From: an uncultured Anaerolineales bacterium | GTDB taxonomy: Bacteria > Chloroflexota > Anaerolineae > B4-G1 | Assembly (NCBI GenBank): GCA_964444825.1 | Contig: CAYUIS010000003.1 | Coordinates: 5,088-69,087 of the forward strand | Reading direction: 5' to 3' | DNA: 64,000 nucleotides | Part shown: one piece after another, positions 1-9,652 of the stretch | Layout: each line of letters starts with the position of its first letter | Numbering within the stretch: position 1 is the first letter of the stretch | Notes under the pieces: generated by a model | The model's database searches: none | The model's input: the letters and a program-made list of their open reading frames with translations, nothing else | Told to the model about the DNA's origin: nothing | Position numbers and translations under genes: made by a program

Positions 1-157
1 CAACAGTGAAACGATCGGTATCAGTCTGCGGCTCATTAGAGATCCTCCTTGGTTGCGTCAGATTTGTCGTGCAAGATGTCAAGATCTATCCGTAAATTCG
101 CTCAAATCCCCGTCTCGGGGGGGGCTAGAGCAGTTGTAGGATAGGTCCATAGATAAG

Positions 158-3100
158 TCACTTGTCACGCAGTACCAGCGGCAGGTAAAGGAAGGTCCTG
201 TCGATGACAGTGATGACCACGCTGTCCGGTGCACCTGCCAGGCCCCTCGAGTCGGTGACAACGAGCGTAAACGTGAGGACGGTCGCCGTGCCAGGGGCCG
301 TAAAAGTGGTGCGGCTGATCATGGTGCTGTTCAGCACCACCGATGGTGTGCCGCCGGTCTGCGCCCAGCCGTATGTGAGCGGCAGGTCGTCATCGAGATC
401 GGTGCTGTTGCTGCCGTCCAGCGTGACGGTCGTGCTGACGACGACACTCTGATCGCTCCCGGCATCAGCTACCGGTGGCTCGTTCGGCTCCGGCTCCACC
501 GTGATGGTAAAGGCCTGCGTCGCGCTATCCTCCCCATCCGTGACGTGCAGGACGACGGGCACCTCGCCCGTGACGACCGGCGTGCCGGCGAGCATGGCAG
601 TCCGAGTCGTGAGCTGGGTGAGCGCGAGCCAGGTATCAGAGACCGGCGCTGTGATGGTCAACGCGTCGCCGATGTCAGCGTCGGCAGCAGTGATGGAATA
701 GGTATAGGGAACATTGACAAAGCCGACGCCGACGGGATCGCTCGTGAACTCTGGCGGGCTGTTCACACCGACAGACAGCACAAAAGCATCGTAGGCGGAG
801 GAGGTGTCATCGTACACCGTGATGGTGATGATGGCCGTCCCCGTCATCCCCGTCGTCGGGGTGACAGTCACGGTACGACCCGTGCCGCTGCCGCCAAAAA
901 CAATGTTCACTGTCGGCACCAGCATCGGGTTCGACGAAGCATCATCCACCATAAGCATCCCCAGGGGAGTGTCCACGTCACCCACTGTGAAGGTGATCGG
1001 CCCAATAGGAACATCCATATCGGTGCGCTGGTTGAGGATGTTGGATATCGTGGGCGTGTCGTCGTCAGCAGCGACCTTGACAGATACCTGAGCGGTATCA
1101 GTCAGGTTGCCGCTGTCCGCAACGGTGATCTCAAAAACGTCTATATAGTTGGCCGTACGGTTGGTCGCCGTATAGACCCACGCGCCCGTCATCGCGCCTA
1201 CGCTGGCCGCGCCGAAGGTCGGCGGCCTGGTGATGCTGTAGCCCAAGGGGTCGCCGTTGGCGTCGCTTGCCACGATAACACCGCTGGCGTTGACGTCGTC
1301 CTCGTCTATGCTGGCCGTGCTATCCTCCGCGATCGGCGCGACGTTGGCCACCGCCACTCCGGCTTCGCCGGTATTGTTCGCCAGATCGACCTCCTGTCTG
1401 ATCCCAGCGATGCTGGCGGTGTTGGTGAAGACGCTGGCGGAGAGCCCCTCGCGTAGCAGACCGGTGACGGTGATGACGCCGCCAGCCCCAAAGCTCAGGT
1501 CTTGGATACTCCAGGTGTAGGCGATGCCAGGTACAGCCGTAGCCATCGCCCCGGTGTAGGTGTAGCTGGTGTTGGTCAGCGTGACGGCCACCGCATCGGC
1601 GATGACTACGCCGGTGGCCGTGGTGTGACCGTCGTTGCTGAACGCCAACGTGTAGGTGATGTTCGTTCCAGGCGACACGGGGGTATCAGGCACGGCCCTC
1701 TTGCGCAGGACAAGATCCGGCCTGCCGTCCAGCGCCCACAGCTCATGGTTGTGGAATCCATCATCGGCGCTGAAGAAGAGCGTGTCCCCCAACACGGTCA
1801 GCTCGTCCGGATACGAATCGGAATCGGGACCTCCCGGCTCGATATCCGCGACTTGGACGGTGCCCACCTCCGTCCCGTCGCTCTTCCACAACTCATTCCC
1901 ACTCACGTTATCATCAGCGATGAAAAAGAGCGTATCGCCAAACGCGATCAGATGGTCCGGGTTCGAGGTACTGGTCCCCGAATAGATATCCTTGACCCGC
2001 ACCGTGCCCGTCGGCGTCCCATCGGTCTTCCACAACTCATCCCCGCTGGTGTCATCGGCGGCGGCAAAGTAGAGCGTGTCGCCGACAACGATCAGACGGA
2101 CCGGGTCCGAGCCACTGGTCCCCGAATAGATATCCTTGACCCGCACCGTGCCCGTCGGTGTCCCATCGCTCTTCCACAACTCGTCCCCAGCACTGCCATC
2201 CGCGGCGCCGAAGAAGAGCATATCCTTAAACACGGTCAAGCACTTTGGTTCCGAACCGCTGGTCCCAGAGTAGATGTCTTTGACCATCACCGTGCCCGTC
2301 GGCGTCCCGTCGCTGCGCCACAGCTCTGCATAACTGTTTTCATCCCCGGCGCTAAAGAAAAGTGTGTCGCTGAACACAGTCAAGTACTGTGGGTCCGAAC
2401 CGCCGGTCCCCGAGTAGATATCCTTGACCATCACCGTGCCTGTCGGCGTCCCGTCGCTCCGCCACAACTCCCCCCCACTGTCATCCTCGGCGCTGAAGAA
2501 GAGCTCATCGCCGAACACGATCAGGTACTGCGGGTACGAATCGTTCGTACCTGAGTAGATGTCCTTGACCAGCATCGTGCCCGTCGGTGTGCCATCGCTC
2601 TTCCACAGCTCCTTCCCGTTGACGGCGTCGGTAGCGGCGAACAAGAGCGTGTCGCCAAACACAACCAGGTTCTCCGGACTCGAACTGTCGGTCCCCGAGT
2701 AGATATCTTTGACCATCACCGTGCCCGTCGGCGTCCCATCGCTTTTCCATAACTCGTATCCACTGGCGTCATCGCCAGCGCCGAAGAAGAGCACATCGCC
2801 GAGCACCGTCAAGTACTCTGGACCCGAACCGTCGAACCCCGGGGCGATATCCGCGACCTGCACCGTGCCCGTCGGCGTCCCGTCGCTCCGCCACAACTCC
2901 TGTCCGCTGACGCCATCACTGGCGCCAAAGAAAAGCATATCGTCCAGCACGGTCAGACCTTGCGGACTCGAACTGTCAGTGTCCAGGTTGATGTCCTTGA
3001 TCCGCATCGTGCCCGTGGGTGTGCCATCGCTCCTCCATAGCTCATACCCGCTGCTCCTATCAGCGGCGCTGAAAAAGAGCGCATCACTGAACACAATCGT

Positions 3101-4639
3101 GTGCTGGAGCGGATACGAACCGTGAGTTCCCGGGTTGATGTCTCTGACCATCGTCGTGCCCGTCGGCGTGCCATCGCTCTTCCATAACTCATCCCCGTTG
3201 ACGTTTTCGTTGGCGCGGAAGAAGAGCGTGTCGCTGAATACAGTCAGATTCCTCGGATACGAACCATCAGTCCCCGAGTAGATGTCCTTGACCTGCACGG
3301 TGCCTGTCGGTGTTCCGTCGCTCTTCCACAACTCGTACCCGCTGAGCCCATCGCTGGCGTGGAATAGGAGCAAATCGCCCAACGCGGTCAAATACTGCGG
3401 CGCTGAATCGCTCGTTCCCGAGTAGATATCCTTGACCCGCACGGTGCCCGCCTCCGTCCCATCGCTCTTCCACAACTCGTCCCCGCTCGTCCCATCATCG
3501 GCCCGAAAGAAGAGTGTATCGCCGACGACGGTCAATTCCTGCGGGTAGGAAGGGGCAAAAGCTGTCGTGGCGTTGATGTCCTTGACCAGTTCCGTGCCCG
3601 CCGGGGTGCCGTCGCTTTTCCATAGCTCTATCCCGCCGCTGCTGCTACCGCCATTGGCCCGGAAGAAGAGCGTGTCGCTGAACACAGCCAGATACATCGG
3701 GCTGAAGTGGGCAGGCCCCGGATAGAAGTCGCCGACCCGAACCGTGCCTGCGAGCGTTCCGTCGCTCCTCCACAGCTCTTCCCCGTGGCTACCGTCATCG
3801 GCATTGAAGAAAAGCGTGCCGCTGAACACGGTCAGATACTTGGGGAACGACCCGTTGGTGCCTGTGTAGATATCCCTGACCCGCACCGTACCCGTCGGCG
3901 TGCCATCGCTCTTCCACAGTTCCTTCCCGCTGTTGCCGTCAGTGGCGGCGAAGAAGAGCGTGCCGCTGAACACGGTCAGATAGTCCAGCGACGAGCTACC
4001 AGTCCCTGTATAGATATCCCTGACCCGCACCGTGCCTGTCGGCGTGCCATCGCTCTTCCACAGCTCTTTCCCATAATCGCCGTCATCGGCAGCGAAGAAT
4101 AGTGTGTTGCTCATCACAGTCAGGTGTGCAGGGTTCGAATTACCGGTCCCCGTGTAGATATCTTTGACCAGCAACGTGCCCGCCGGCGTGCCATCGCTCT
4201 TCCACAATTCTGCCCCATGGCTGCCGTCATCAGCTTGGAAGAAGAACGTGTCACCAAGTCTGGCAAAGTATTTAGGGCTTGATCCCAGGGTGCTGGTGTT
4301 GATATCGAGGACTTGATAGGGCTCTGGAGGCGCGGCCCGGGCTATCTTCACTCCCAGAACCAGCACCAGTGTCGCCCCTATCCCGATGATCGAAGCCAGC
4401 GCTATCCGACCCGACCTCCAGGTCCATCGAGCGGATGTTTCGCTTTGAAGTATGTCGGTCATCTTCCTCCTTCCTCTCCTCGCGTATGCGTATCGTCTTC
4501 TGACCGAGGTTGACACCCGGTCTGAGTCCAAAGAAAGTCGATCAGACTCTCCAGACAGTCGAACCCCCGGCGTTCGCCGCTGCCAGGGCTCTCGAGCGAC
4601 GCCCGCCAGACCTGCTCGCTGCCGTCGCTCGTCTGCCAT
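158..4639 (-). CDS. Giant ELWxxDG-repeat cell-surface protein (N-terminal TM anchor, about 23 ELWKSDGTPTGT repeats, DUF11/Ig-like and PKD-like C-terminal domains)
   Basis: 1493-aa ORF. One TM helix (IALASIIGIGATLVLVLGV) follows a basic N-terminus. Roughly 60-aa units with ELW(K/R)SDGT..GT...DI repeat across the protein. The C-terminus carries a conserved-repeat (DUF11-like) segment and a PKD-like segment (EPPVADAGSDQSVVVSTTVTLDGSNSTD). Confidence 0.8.
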   Translation of the reverse strand: MADERRQRAGLAGVAREPWQRRTPGVRLSGESDRLSLDSDRVSTSVRRRYAYARRGRRKMTDILQSETSARWTWRSGRIALASIIGIGATLVLVLGVKIARAAPPEPYQVLDINTSTLGSSPKYFARLGDTFFFQADDGSHGAELWKSDGTPAGTLLVKDIYTGTGNSNPAHLTVMSNTLFFAADDGDYGKELWKSDGTPTGTVRVRDIYTGTGSSSLDYLTVFSGTLFFAATDGNSGKELWKSDGTPTGTVRVRDIYTGTNGSFPKYLTVFSGTLFFNADDGSHGEELWRSDGTLAGTVRVGDFYPGPAHFSPMYLAVFSDTLFFRANGGSSSGGIELWKSDGTPAGTELVKDINATTAFAPSYPQELTVVGDTLFFRADDGTSGDELWKSDGTEAGTVRVKDIYSGTSDSAPQYLTALGDLLLFHASDGLSGYELWKSDGTPTGTVQVKDIYSGTDGSYPRNLTVFSDTLFFRANENVNGDELWKSDGTPTGTTMVRDINPGTHGSYPLQHTIVFSDALFFSAADRSSGYELWRSDGTPTGTMRIKDINLDTDSSSPQGLTVLDDMLFFGASDGVSGQELWRSDGTPTGTVQVADIAPGFDGSGPEYLTVLGDVLFFGAGDDASGYELWKSDGTPTGTVMVKDIYSGTDSSSPENLVVFGDTLLFAATDAVNGKELWKSDGTPTGTMLVKDIYSGTNDSYPQYLIVFGDELFFSAEDDSGGELWRSDGTPTGTVMVKDIYSGTGGSDPQYLTVFSDTLFFSAGDENSYAELWRSDGTPTGTVMVKDIYSGTSGSEPKCLTVFKDMLFFGAADGSAGDELWKSDGTPTGTVRVKDIYSGTSGSDPVRLIVVGDTLYFAAADDTSGDELWKTDGTPTGTVRVKDIYSGTSTSNPDHLIAFGDTLFFIADDNVSGNELWKSDGTEVGTVQVADIEPGGPDSDSYPDELTVLGDTLFFSADDGFHNHELWALDGRPDLVLRKRAVPDTPVSPGTNITYTLAFSNDGHTTATGVVIADAVAVTLTNTSYTYTGAMATAVPGIAYTWSIQDLSFGAGGVITVTGLLREGLSASVFTNTASIAGIRQEVDLANNTGEAGVAVANVAPIAEDSTASIDEDDVNASGVIVASDANGDPLGYSITRPPTFGAASVGAMTGAWVYTATNRTANYIDVFEITVADSGNLTDTAQVSVKVAADDDTPTISNILNQRTDMDVPIGPITFTVGDVDTPLGMLMVDDASSNPMLVPTVNIVFGGSGTGRTVTVTPTTGMTGTAIITITVYDDTSSAYDAFVLSVGVNSPPEFTSDPVGVGFVNVPYTYSITAADADIGDALTITAPVSDTWLALTQLTTRTAMLAGTPVVTGEVPVVLHVTDGEDSATQAFTITVEPEPNEPPVADAGSDQSVVVSTTVTLDGSNSTDLDDDLPLTYGWAQTGGTPSVVLNSTMISRTTFTAPGTATVLTFTLVVTDSRGLAGAPDSVVITVIDRTFLYLPLVLRDK

Positions 4640-4765
4640 AGGCGCAGCAGATATGATAGATATCGTTGTCGTTCCTCGGTCATAGTAGCCCCCGGGCAGG
4701 AATCAACCCACCAGTTCCAGTGCTAGTAAGTATACCCACCTATCGTCAAAGAAACGTCAAAAGCG

Positions 4766-4794
4766 TTGCGTACAAAGCCCAACAGGGGTATAAT
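4766..4794 (+). promoter_or_regulatory. sigma70-like promoter TTGCGT-17-TATAAT upstream of the STAND regulator gene
   Basis: Read directly: TTGCGT (4766-4771), a 17-nt spacer, TATAAT (4789-4794), about 30 nt before the 4824 start. Confidence 0.4.
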
Positions 4795-4823
4795 TCTCCC
4801 AACTACGCTCGTACGGAAAAACA

Positions 4824-7800
4824 ATGACCCGGCTTTCACTCTCCCTGCTCGGCCCTTTCCGCATCACTTTGGACAACGTGCCTGTGACCGACTTTGCCAC
4901 CGACAAAGTACGGGCATTGCTGGCCTATCTGGCCGTCGAGGCGGACCACCCCCACCGCCGGGATGTCCTGGCTGGCCTGCTGTGGCCGGATCAACCCCAG
5001 CGCCGGGCGCGCCACAACCTGCGTCAGGCGCTTTCCAACCTGCGCCAAGCCCTCGGTGATCAAGAAAACGACAGGGAGCCATTCCTTCTGGTCACCCGCC
5101 AGACGGTCCAGTTCAACCCCAATAGCGACTATTGGCTCGACGTCGCCGCCTTCACCGCGCTGAGCACCACTTGCAGGAAGCACCGCCACCGCCGCCTGGG
5201 TAACTGTGTGCCCTGTATCCGCAGAATGACGCAGATGGCTGATCTGTACGGCGGCAGCTTGTTGGAACAGTTCTTTATCAGCGACAGCAGCATCTTTGAG
5301 GAATGGGCTACCCTGCAACGAGAATGGCTTAATCGCGAGGTCATGGAGGCGCTCTATCACCTGACCAACCACCACGAACGGCGCGGCGACTATGCACAGG
5401 CACGGGCGTACGCCCAACGACAGGTGCAGCTTGAACCCTGGCGAGAGGAAGCCCACCGACAATTAATGCGCCTGCTGGCGCTTGATGGCCAACGGAGCGC
5501 AGCATTGGCCCAGTATCAGACGTGCCGCTGCACATTGGCCAAGGAGCTAAACGTCGAGCCGACGACCGAGACCACGACACTGGTCGAACAGATTCGAGCA
5601 GAAGAAGAGTTGCGCTCCAAACCCCCGCCGCACCATCTGCCCACCTCACCTATCCCCTTTGTCGGTCGCAAAGAGGAACTGGCCGAACTCGCTGATCTGT
5701 TGGCGGATCCTGATTGCCGGCTCGTGAGTCTCATCGGCCCTGGCGGCATCGGCAAGACCCGCCTGGCGCTTCAGACAGCGGCCGACCACGTCGGGGCCTT
5801 TGCCCATGGCGTCCACTACATACCGCTCGCTTCCATCACCTCGCCCGATTTTCTCACTTCCGCTATGGTAAGCGCTATTGGAATCCCCCCTTACAGCACC
5901 CGGAATCCACAAGAATTGCTCCAAAGCTACCTGCACAACAAGGAGATGTTGCTCGTGCTGGACAACATGGAGCACCTCATAGATGGGAGTCTGGTGCTGA
6001 CCGACATACTTCAGCGCGTGCCGGGTGTAGTGATCCTGGTCACCTCCAGGGAAAGGCTTAACTTGCAGGAAGAACAGGTCTACGAGGTTGGGGGACTGGT
6101 GTATCCGGAGGGCGAAACGACCGGAGTCGAGTCCTACAGCGCGATCGACCTGTTCGAGCAATGCGCGCGGAGAGCTGATCGCCACTTTTCGATCGGAAAG
6201 GCGGAAATGGTGCACACCGTGCGAATCTGCCAGATGGTCGAGGGGATGCCATTGGGCGTAGAACTGGCCGCGGCCTGGGTGCGAGCGCGCTCCTGCGAAG
6301 AGATCGCCCGGGAGGTCGAACACAATCTCGACGTTCTTACGACCCGTCTGCGTGATGTGCCCAAACGGCACCGGAGTGTGCGGGCAACATTTGAATACTC
6401 TTGGCAGTTGCTGGCAGAAGCAGAGAGAAGCCTTCTCACCAGATTATCCGTATTCCAGGGGGGATTCCACCCACAGGCAGCCGCCCGCGTGGCTGGAGCA
6501 TCTCCGACCACGTTGTCAAATCTGCTGGACAAGTCCTTGATCCGCCGCATCTCATCCGAGCGGTATGATATGCACAATTTGCTGAGGCAGTTTGCGGCTG
6601 ATAAGCTTAAAACCACCCCCCAAGAACTTACCAGAACACAGAGAGAATATGCGCGCCATTTTGCCTCCTTTCTGGAGCAGCAAGCGGAGCATTTGAGGGG
6701 ACCAGGACAGAAACAGGCACTTGTACAGATCGGCCTGGAGATCGAAAACGCGCGCCAGATGTGGAAAATGGCCATAGCCCAGGGTAGTGATGACCTGATC
6801 GAGCAGTCCCTGGACAGCCTCTACTATTTCTATATGGTTCAGTGCCGCTATCAGGAGGGAATAGATCTTTTTGACCTGGCTATCGCCAGGTGGGGCGAAG
6901 ACTCAGGAAAGGAAGGCGTTTTTGGCAAGGCTCTATCTCGCCAAGGAGCCCTCCATCGGCGTTGGGGTCACTATCATCAGGCCAGAGCTGGGTTGGAGAG
7001 AAGCCTGAGGATCTTTGAGCGGTTGGAGAACCACACAGAGCAAGGTTTCTGCCTGGTTAACCTGGCGGACGTGATGCGCGGCCAGGGCAGATACGAGGAG
7101 GCAGAACAACTGGCCCAGAGAAGCCTGGCGCTTTCTAGACAGACCGGGGATAGCTGGGGCACCGCTCGCTCGCTCTACCTGCTTGGGTTGGTGCGATATC
7201 GAGCCGGGGACATAGACCAAGCGGAGACACTCCTTGCAGAAAGCTTGACCCTTGCACGTACGAATGGCAGCCAGCGCCTTATCATGCTGCCTCTGAATAT
7301 GCTAGGTGACGTCGCCTGCCACCGAGGAGACTATGCCAAAGCACAAATCGTGTTTGAGGAATGCCTGGCCCTGAGCCGTGAACTTGGCGATCTATTCAAC
7401 GTCGCCATCCACCTCAACAACCTGGGCACCGTACTACACACCTGTGAGGCGTATGAGGAGGCCAAGGGCACCTATCAAGAGAGCCTCGAGATCTGCCAAG
7501 AGATCGGTGACCAAAGGGGGCAGGCCATCGCGTTGAGCAACCTGGGTGAGGTGGTTTTCGCACTCGGCGCGCATCGTGAGGCAATGGCGTACTACCAGCG
7601 AGCCTTGTCAATGGGGCGCGACGCCGACGACCACTGGACGGTTTTAGCGTGTCTGAACAACCTAGGGGAGACGGCGTGCGCACTGGAAAACTATGAGGAA
7701 GCCAATGCTTGCTTCACTGAGGCGCTCAGAATCGCCTCAGAAACCCAGACGCTGGTGATATTGCTAAAGACCATGGTCAATCTGGCCGTACTGTATGCCA

Positions 7801-8006
7801 GACAGGGTCAAACAGACCGGGCCGCGGCATTGCTCGCCCTGGCGCGCCGTCACCCTGCTTGCGAGCAATCGGATCACGAGAAGGCCAAACGCTTACTAGA
7901 AGAGATGGGCTTGACTTTGCCGGATGGTACCCCCTCGCCTCTGGATGACGTGATCGCCGAGATACTCACGGGCACCTCCAGGCAAACGTCCGATTCGAAC
8001 CCCTGA
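4824..8006 (+). CDS. AfsR/SARP-family STAND regulator (BTAD DNA-binding domain + NB-ARC P-loop NTPase + C-terminal TPR array)
   Basis: The N-terminus has the SARP/BTAD signature (LLGPFRITLDNVPV...KVRALLAYLAV...RRDVLAGLLWPD). A Walker A motif GPGGIGKTRLAL follows. The C-terminal half has many TPR-like repeats (..ALSNLG..Y..A...YQ.AL..). Confidence 0.75.
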   Translation: MTRLSLSLLGPFRITLDNVPVTDFATDKVRALLAYLAVEADHPHRRDVLAGLLWPDQPQRRARHNLRQALSNLRQALGDQENDREPFLLVTRQTVQFNPNSDYWLDVAAFTALSTTCRKHRHRRLGNCVPCIRRMTQMADLYGGSLLEQFFISDSSIFEEWATLQREWLNREVMEALYHLTNHHERRGDYAQARAYAQRQVQLEPWREEAHRQLMRLLALDGQRSAALAQYQTCRCTLAKELNVEPTTETTTLVEQIRAEEELRSKPPPHHLPTSPIPFVGRKEELAELADLLADPDCRLVSLIGPGGIGKTRLALQTAADHVGAFAHGVHYIPLASITSPDFLTSAMVSAIGIPPYSTRNPQELLQSYLHNKEMLLVLDNMEHLIDGSLVLTDILQRVPGVVILVTSRERLNLQEEQVYEVGGLVYPEGETTGVESYSAIDLFEQCARRADRHFSIGKAEMVHTVRICQMVEGMPLGVELAAAWVRARSCEEIAREVEHNLDVLTTRLRDVPKRHRSVRATFEYSWQLLAEAERSLLTRLSVFQGGFHPQAAARVAGASPTTLSNLLDKSLIRRISSERYDMHNLLRQFAADKLKTTPQELTRTQREYARHFASFLEQQAEHLRGPGQKQALVQIGLEIENARQMWKMAIAQGSDDLIEQSLDSLYYFYMVQCRYQEGIDLFDLAIARWGEDSGKEGVFGKALSRQGALHRRWGHYHQARAGLERSLRIFERLENHTEQGFCLVNLADVMRGQGRYEEAEQLAQRSLALSRQTGDSWGTARSLYLLGLVRYRAGDIDQAETLLAESLTLARTNGSQRLIMLPLNMLGDVACHRGDYAKAQIVFEECLALSRELGDLFNVAIHLNNLGTVLHTCEAYEEAKGTYQESLEICQEIGDQRGQAIALSNLGEVVFALGAHREAMAYYQRALSMGRDADDHWTVLACLNNLGETACALENYEEANACFTEALRIASETQTLVILLKTMVNLAVLYARQGQTDRAAALLALARRHPACEQSDHEKAKRLLEEMGLTLPDGTPSPLDDVIAEILTGTSRQTSDSNP

Positions 8007-8044
8007 TCCCTAATCCCTGATACCCGATACCCGCCCCCACCATT

Positions 8045-8731
8045 TCAGCTCTCTGCCTCCGCAGCCAACGCCTCCCGATCAAGGAGAATGATACGCTGTC
8101 GATCCATCTTCAGCAGGCCGGCATCCGCAAAGGCTCGCAACGTGCGCCCCACCATATCCCGTACTGTCCCAACGTGAGCGGCGATCTCCTCCTGTGTCCA
8201 GCGCTGCGTAATCTTGTCTTCTTCGGCACGTTCCAAAAGGAAACGGGCCAGTCGTCCCCGCACCGTGCGCAGCGCCAGATCCTCGACCAAACCGGTCAGG
8301 TGATCCAATCGGTCAGCGAAATCTCGGAGGATAACCAGCGCCAATTCTCCACACTCACTCACCAGGCGACGAAAATCATCCCGCCTGATCGCGTAGAGGA
8401 TACTTGCGGTGATGGACTCGGCAGTGGCATGATTGACACCATCGGGCTGAAACGGTGGCACCGTATTGAACGTCTGCCCCGCCCCTAGCCTCGCCAGCAC
8501 CTGCTCCCTCCCCCCTGGCGAAAGACGGTAGATCCGCACCTCACCCTCTGCAACGAAAAAGACGGCCTCGCAGGGATCTCCCTCAAAGATAATGGTCTCA
8601 CCCGGGCCGTGGACACTGGTATACGCGACGCGACACATTCGACCTAACGCTTCCTCCGAGAGATCGGCAAACAGGGCGATACGACGCAGGGCCTCAGGTG
8701 TAGGATTCATTGTCTTGCCATTGTAGCCCAA
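8045..8731 (-). CDS. Crp/Fnr-family transcriptional regulator (cNMP-binding domain + C-terminal HTH)
   Basis: A cNMP-binding beta-roll (GETIIFEGDPCEAVFFVAEGEVRIY) is followed by HTH_Crp (TQEEIAAHVGTVRDMVGRTLRAFADAGLL). It is divergent from the Fur-family gene. An alternative start at the second Met would be 8710. Confidence 0.8.
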   Translation of the reverse strand: MGYNGKTMNPTPEALRRIALFADLSEEALGRMCRVAYTSVHGPGETIIFEGDPCEAVFFVAEGEVRIYRLSPGGREQVLARLGAGQTFNTVPPFQPDGVNHATAESITASILYAIRRDDFRRLVSECGELALVILRDFADRLDHLTGLVEDLALRTVRGRLARFLLERAEEDKITQRWTQEEIAAHVGTVRDMVGRTLRAFADAGLLKMDRQRIILLDREALAAEAES

Positions 8732-8859
8732 ACCGCACCAGCGTCAAGAAGTGGTTCTCAATTGGGTCGCGATCGACGCCAGAATTGACAATCTGCCAGT
8801 CTATCCCTTGCGACAACGAGGTTTCTCTAGTATACTTCTTCCAGCAGGAAGGGCGATGC

Positions 8860-8888
8860 TTGACACGCGGCATCAACCCTGTTATAAT
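8860..8888 (+). promoter_or_regulatory. Consensus sigma70 promoter (TTGACA-17-TATAAT) for the Fur/PerR-like gene; a TTATA-N5-TATAA inverted repeat overlaps the -10 and is a possible operator
   Basis: TTGACA at 8860-8865, a 17-nt spacer, TATAAT at 8883-8888. The ATG at 8922 follows about 30 nt downstream. The palindromic TTATAATCGCTATAA overlaps the -10. Confidence 0.5.
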
Positions 8889-8921
8889 CGCTATAAGTTT
8901 AGAGGCATTACAAATAAACCT

Positions 8922-9356
8922 ATGACGTCTCTTGAGTCCCTGTGCGCACAACTTAAAGCTCACGGCCGCCGGGTGACCCCCCAGCGCCGGGCCATCATCC
9001 AGGTTTTGCTGGATGATGGGACACACGTCACTGCTGACCGCGTCTATACACAGGCACGGGATGTGATGCCCGATTTATCCCCTGCCACGGTCTACAACAC
9101 GCTCCACGAGTTGGCAGAGATGGGCATGCTGATGGAGTTGGACCTAGGGCTCGGCGAGCGCCGCTACGACATCCTGACGGCGGACCACGCTCACCTGGTC
9201 TGCCTCGAGTGCGGGCGCATTGAGGATGTGCCGTATGATTCTGGTACACTGGAGCTTTTGCCCGAGTATGCTTGCGGGTTCAAAGTTCTAGATCACAGAG
9301 TCACCTTTCGTGGTTACTGCCCCAAATGTGCTGTCCTCAAGGACAGGGAAAACTAG
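8922..9356 (+). CDS. perR: Fur-family metalloregulator, PerR-like (peroxide-responsive repressor)
   Basis: Has Fur-family DNA-binding helix and metal-site motifs (TPQRRAIIQVL, HHLVCLECGRIEDV, C-x2-C ... C-x2-C). The PerR call comes from context only: it heads a rubredoxin/rubrerythrin/peroxiredoxin/SOR island. The ORF track start at 8751 looks 5'-overextended; ATG 8922 is in-frame. Confidence 0.7.
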   Translation: MTSLESLCAQLKAHGRRVTPQRRAIIQVLLDDGTHVTADRVYTQARDVMPDLSPATVYNTLHELAEMGMLMELDLGLGERRYDILTADHAHLVCLECGRIEDVPYDSGTLELLPEYACGFKVLDHRVTFRGYCPKCAVLKDREN

Positions 9357-9394
9357 CGTGGGGCGTATAACACATCTTTGAGGAGGAAACGACA

Positions 9395-9556
9395 ATGGAT
9401 AAGTGGGAATGCCTGGTATGTGGATACATCTACGACCCGGCCGAGGGCGACCCTGACGCTGGCATTGAGCCTGGCACAACCTTCGAGGCACTGCCAGACG
9501 ACTGGGTCTGCCCCGACTGCGGTGCAGGCAAAGACATGTTTGAGAAAGTGGAGTAA
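9395..9556 (+). CDS. Rubredoxin (53 aa; absent from the ORF track because it is under 60 aa)
   Basis: Translation is [53 protein letters not shown], with the canonical rubredoxin motifs CxxCG...CPxCG. An RBS AGGAGGA sits 8 nt upstream. Confidence 0.85.
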   Translation: MDKWECLVCGYIYDPAEGDPDAGIEPGTTFEALPDDWVCPDCGAGKDMFEKVE

Positions 9557-9652
9557 CCGGATTGATGTTGTATGTGGGGCAGGCTTTCCAGCTTGCCTAT
9601 GTGGCGAATTGAAAAGCCCGCCCCACCCTCATCTCGCAACTTGAACAAGCTT

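Noticed and set aside
204-4102. Numerous plus-strand ORFs (e.g. 545-1456, 1502-2554, 2709-3125, 3707-4102) inside the giant minus-strand ELWxxDG gene
   Set aside because: These are antisense shadow frames of a high-GC repetitive gene. They are Arg/Gly/Pro-rich with low complexity, have no start context, and the minus-strand frame has coherent repeat architecture.
8878-8898. Canonical 7-1-7 Per box (TTATAATNATTATAA)
   Set aside because: The observed element is TTATAATCGCTATAA (TTATA-N5-TATAA), which does not match the Bacillus Per-box spacing. It is kept only as a possible operator.
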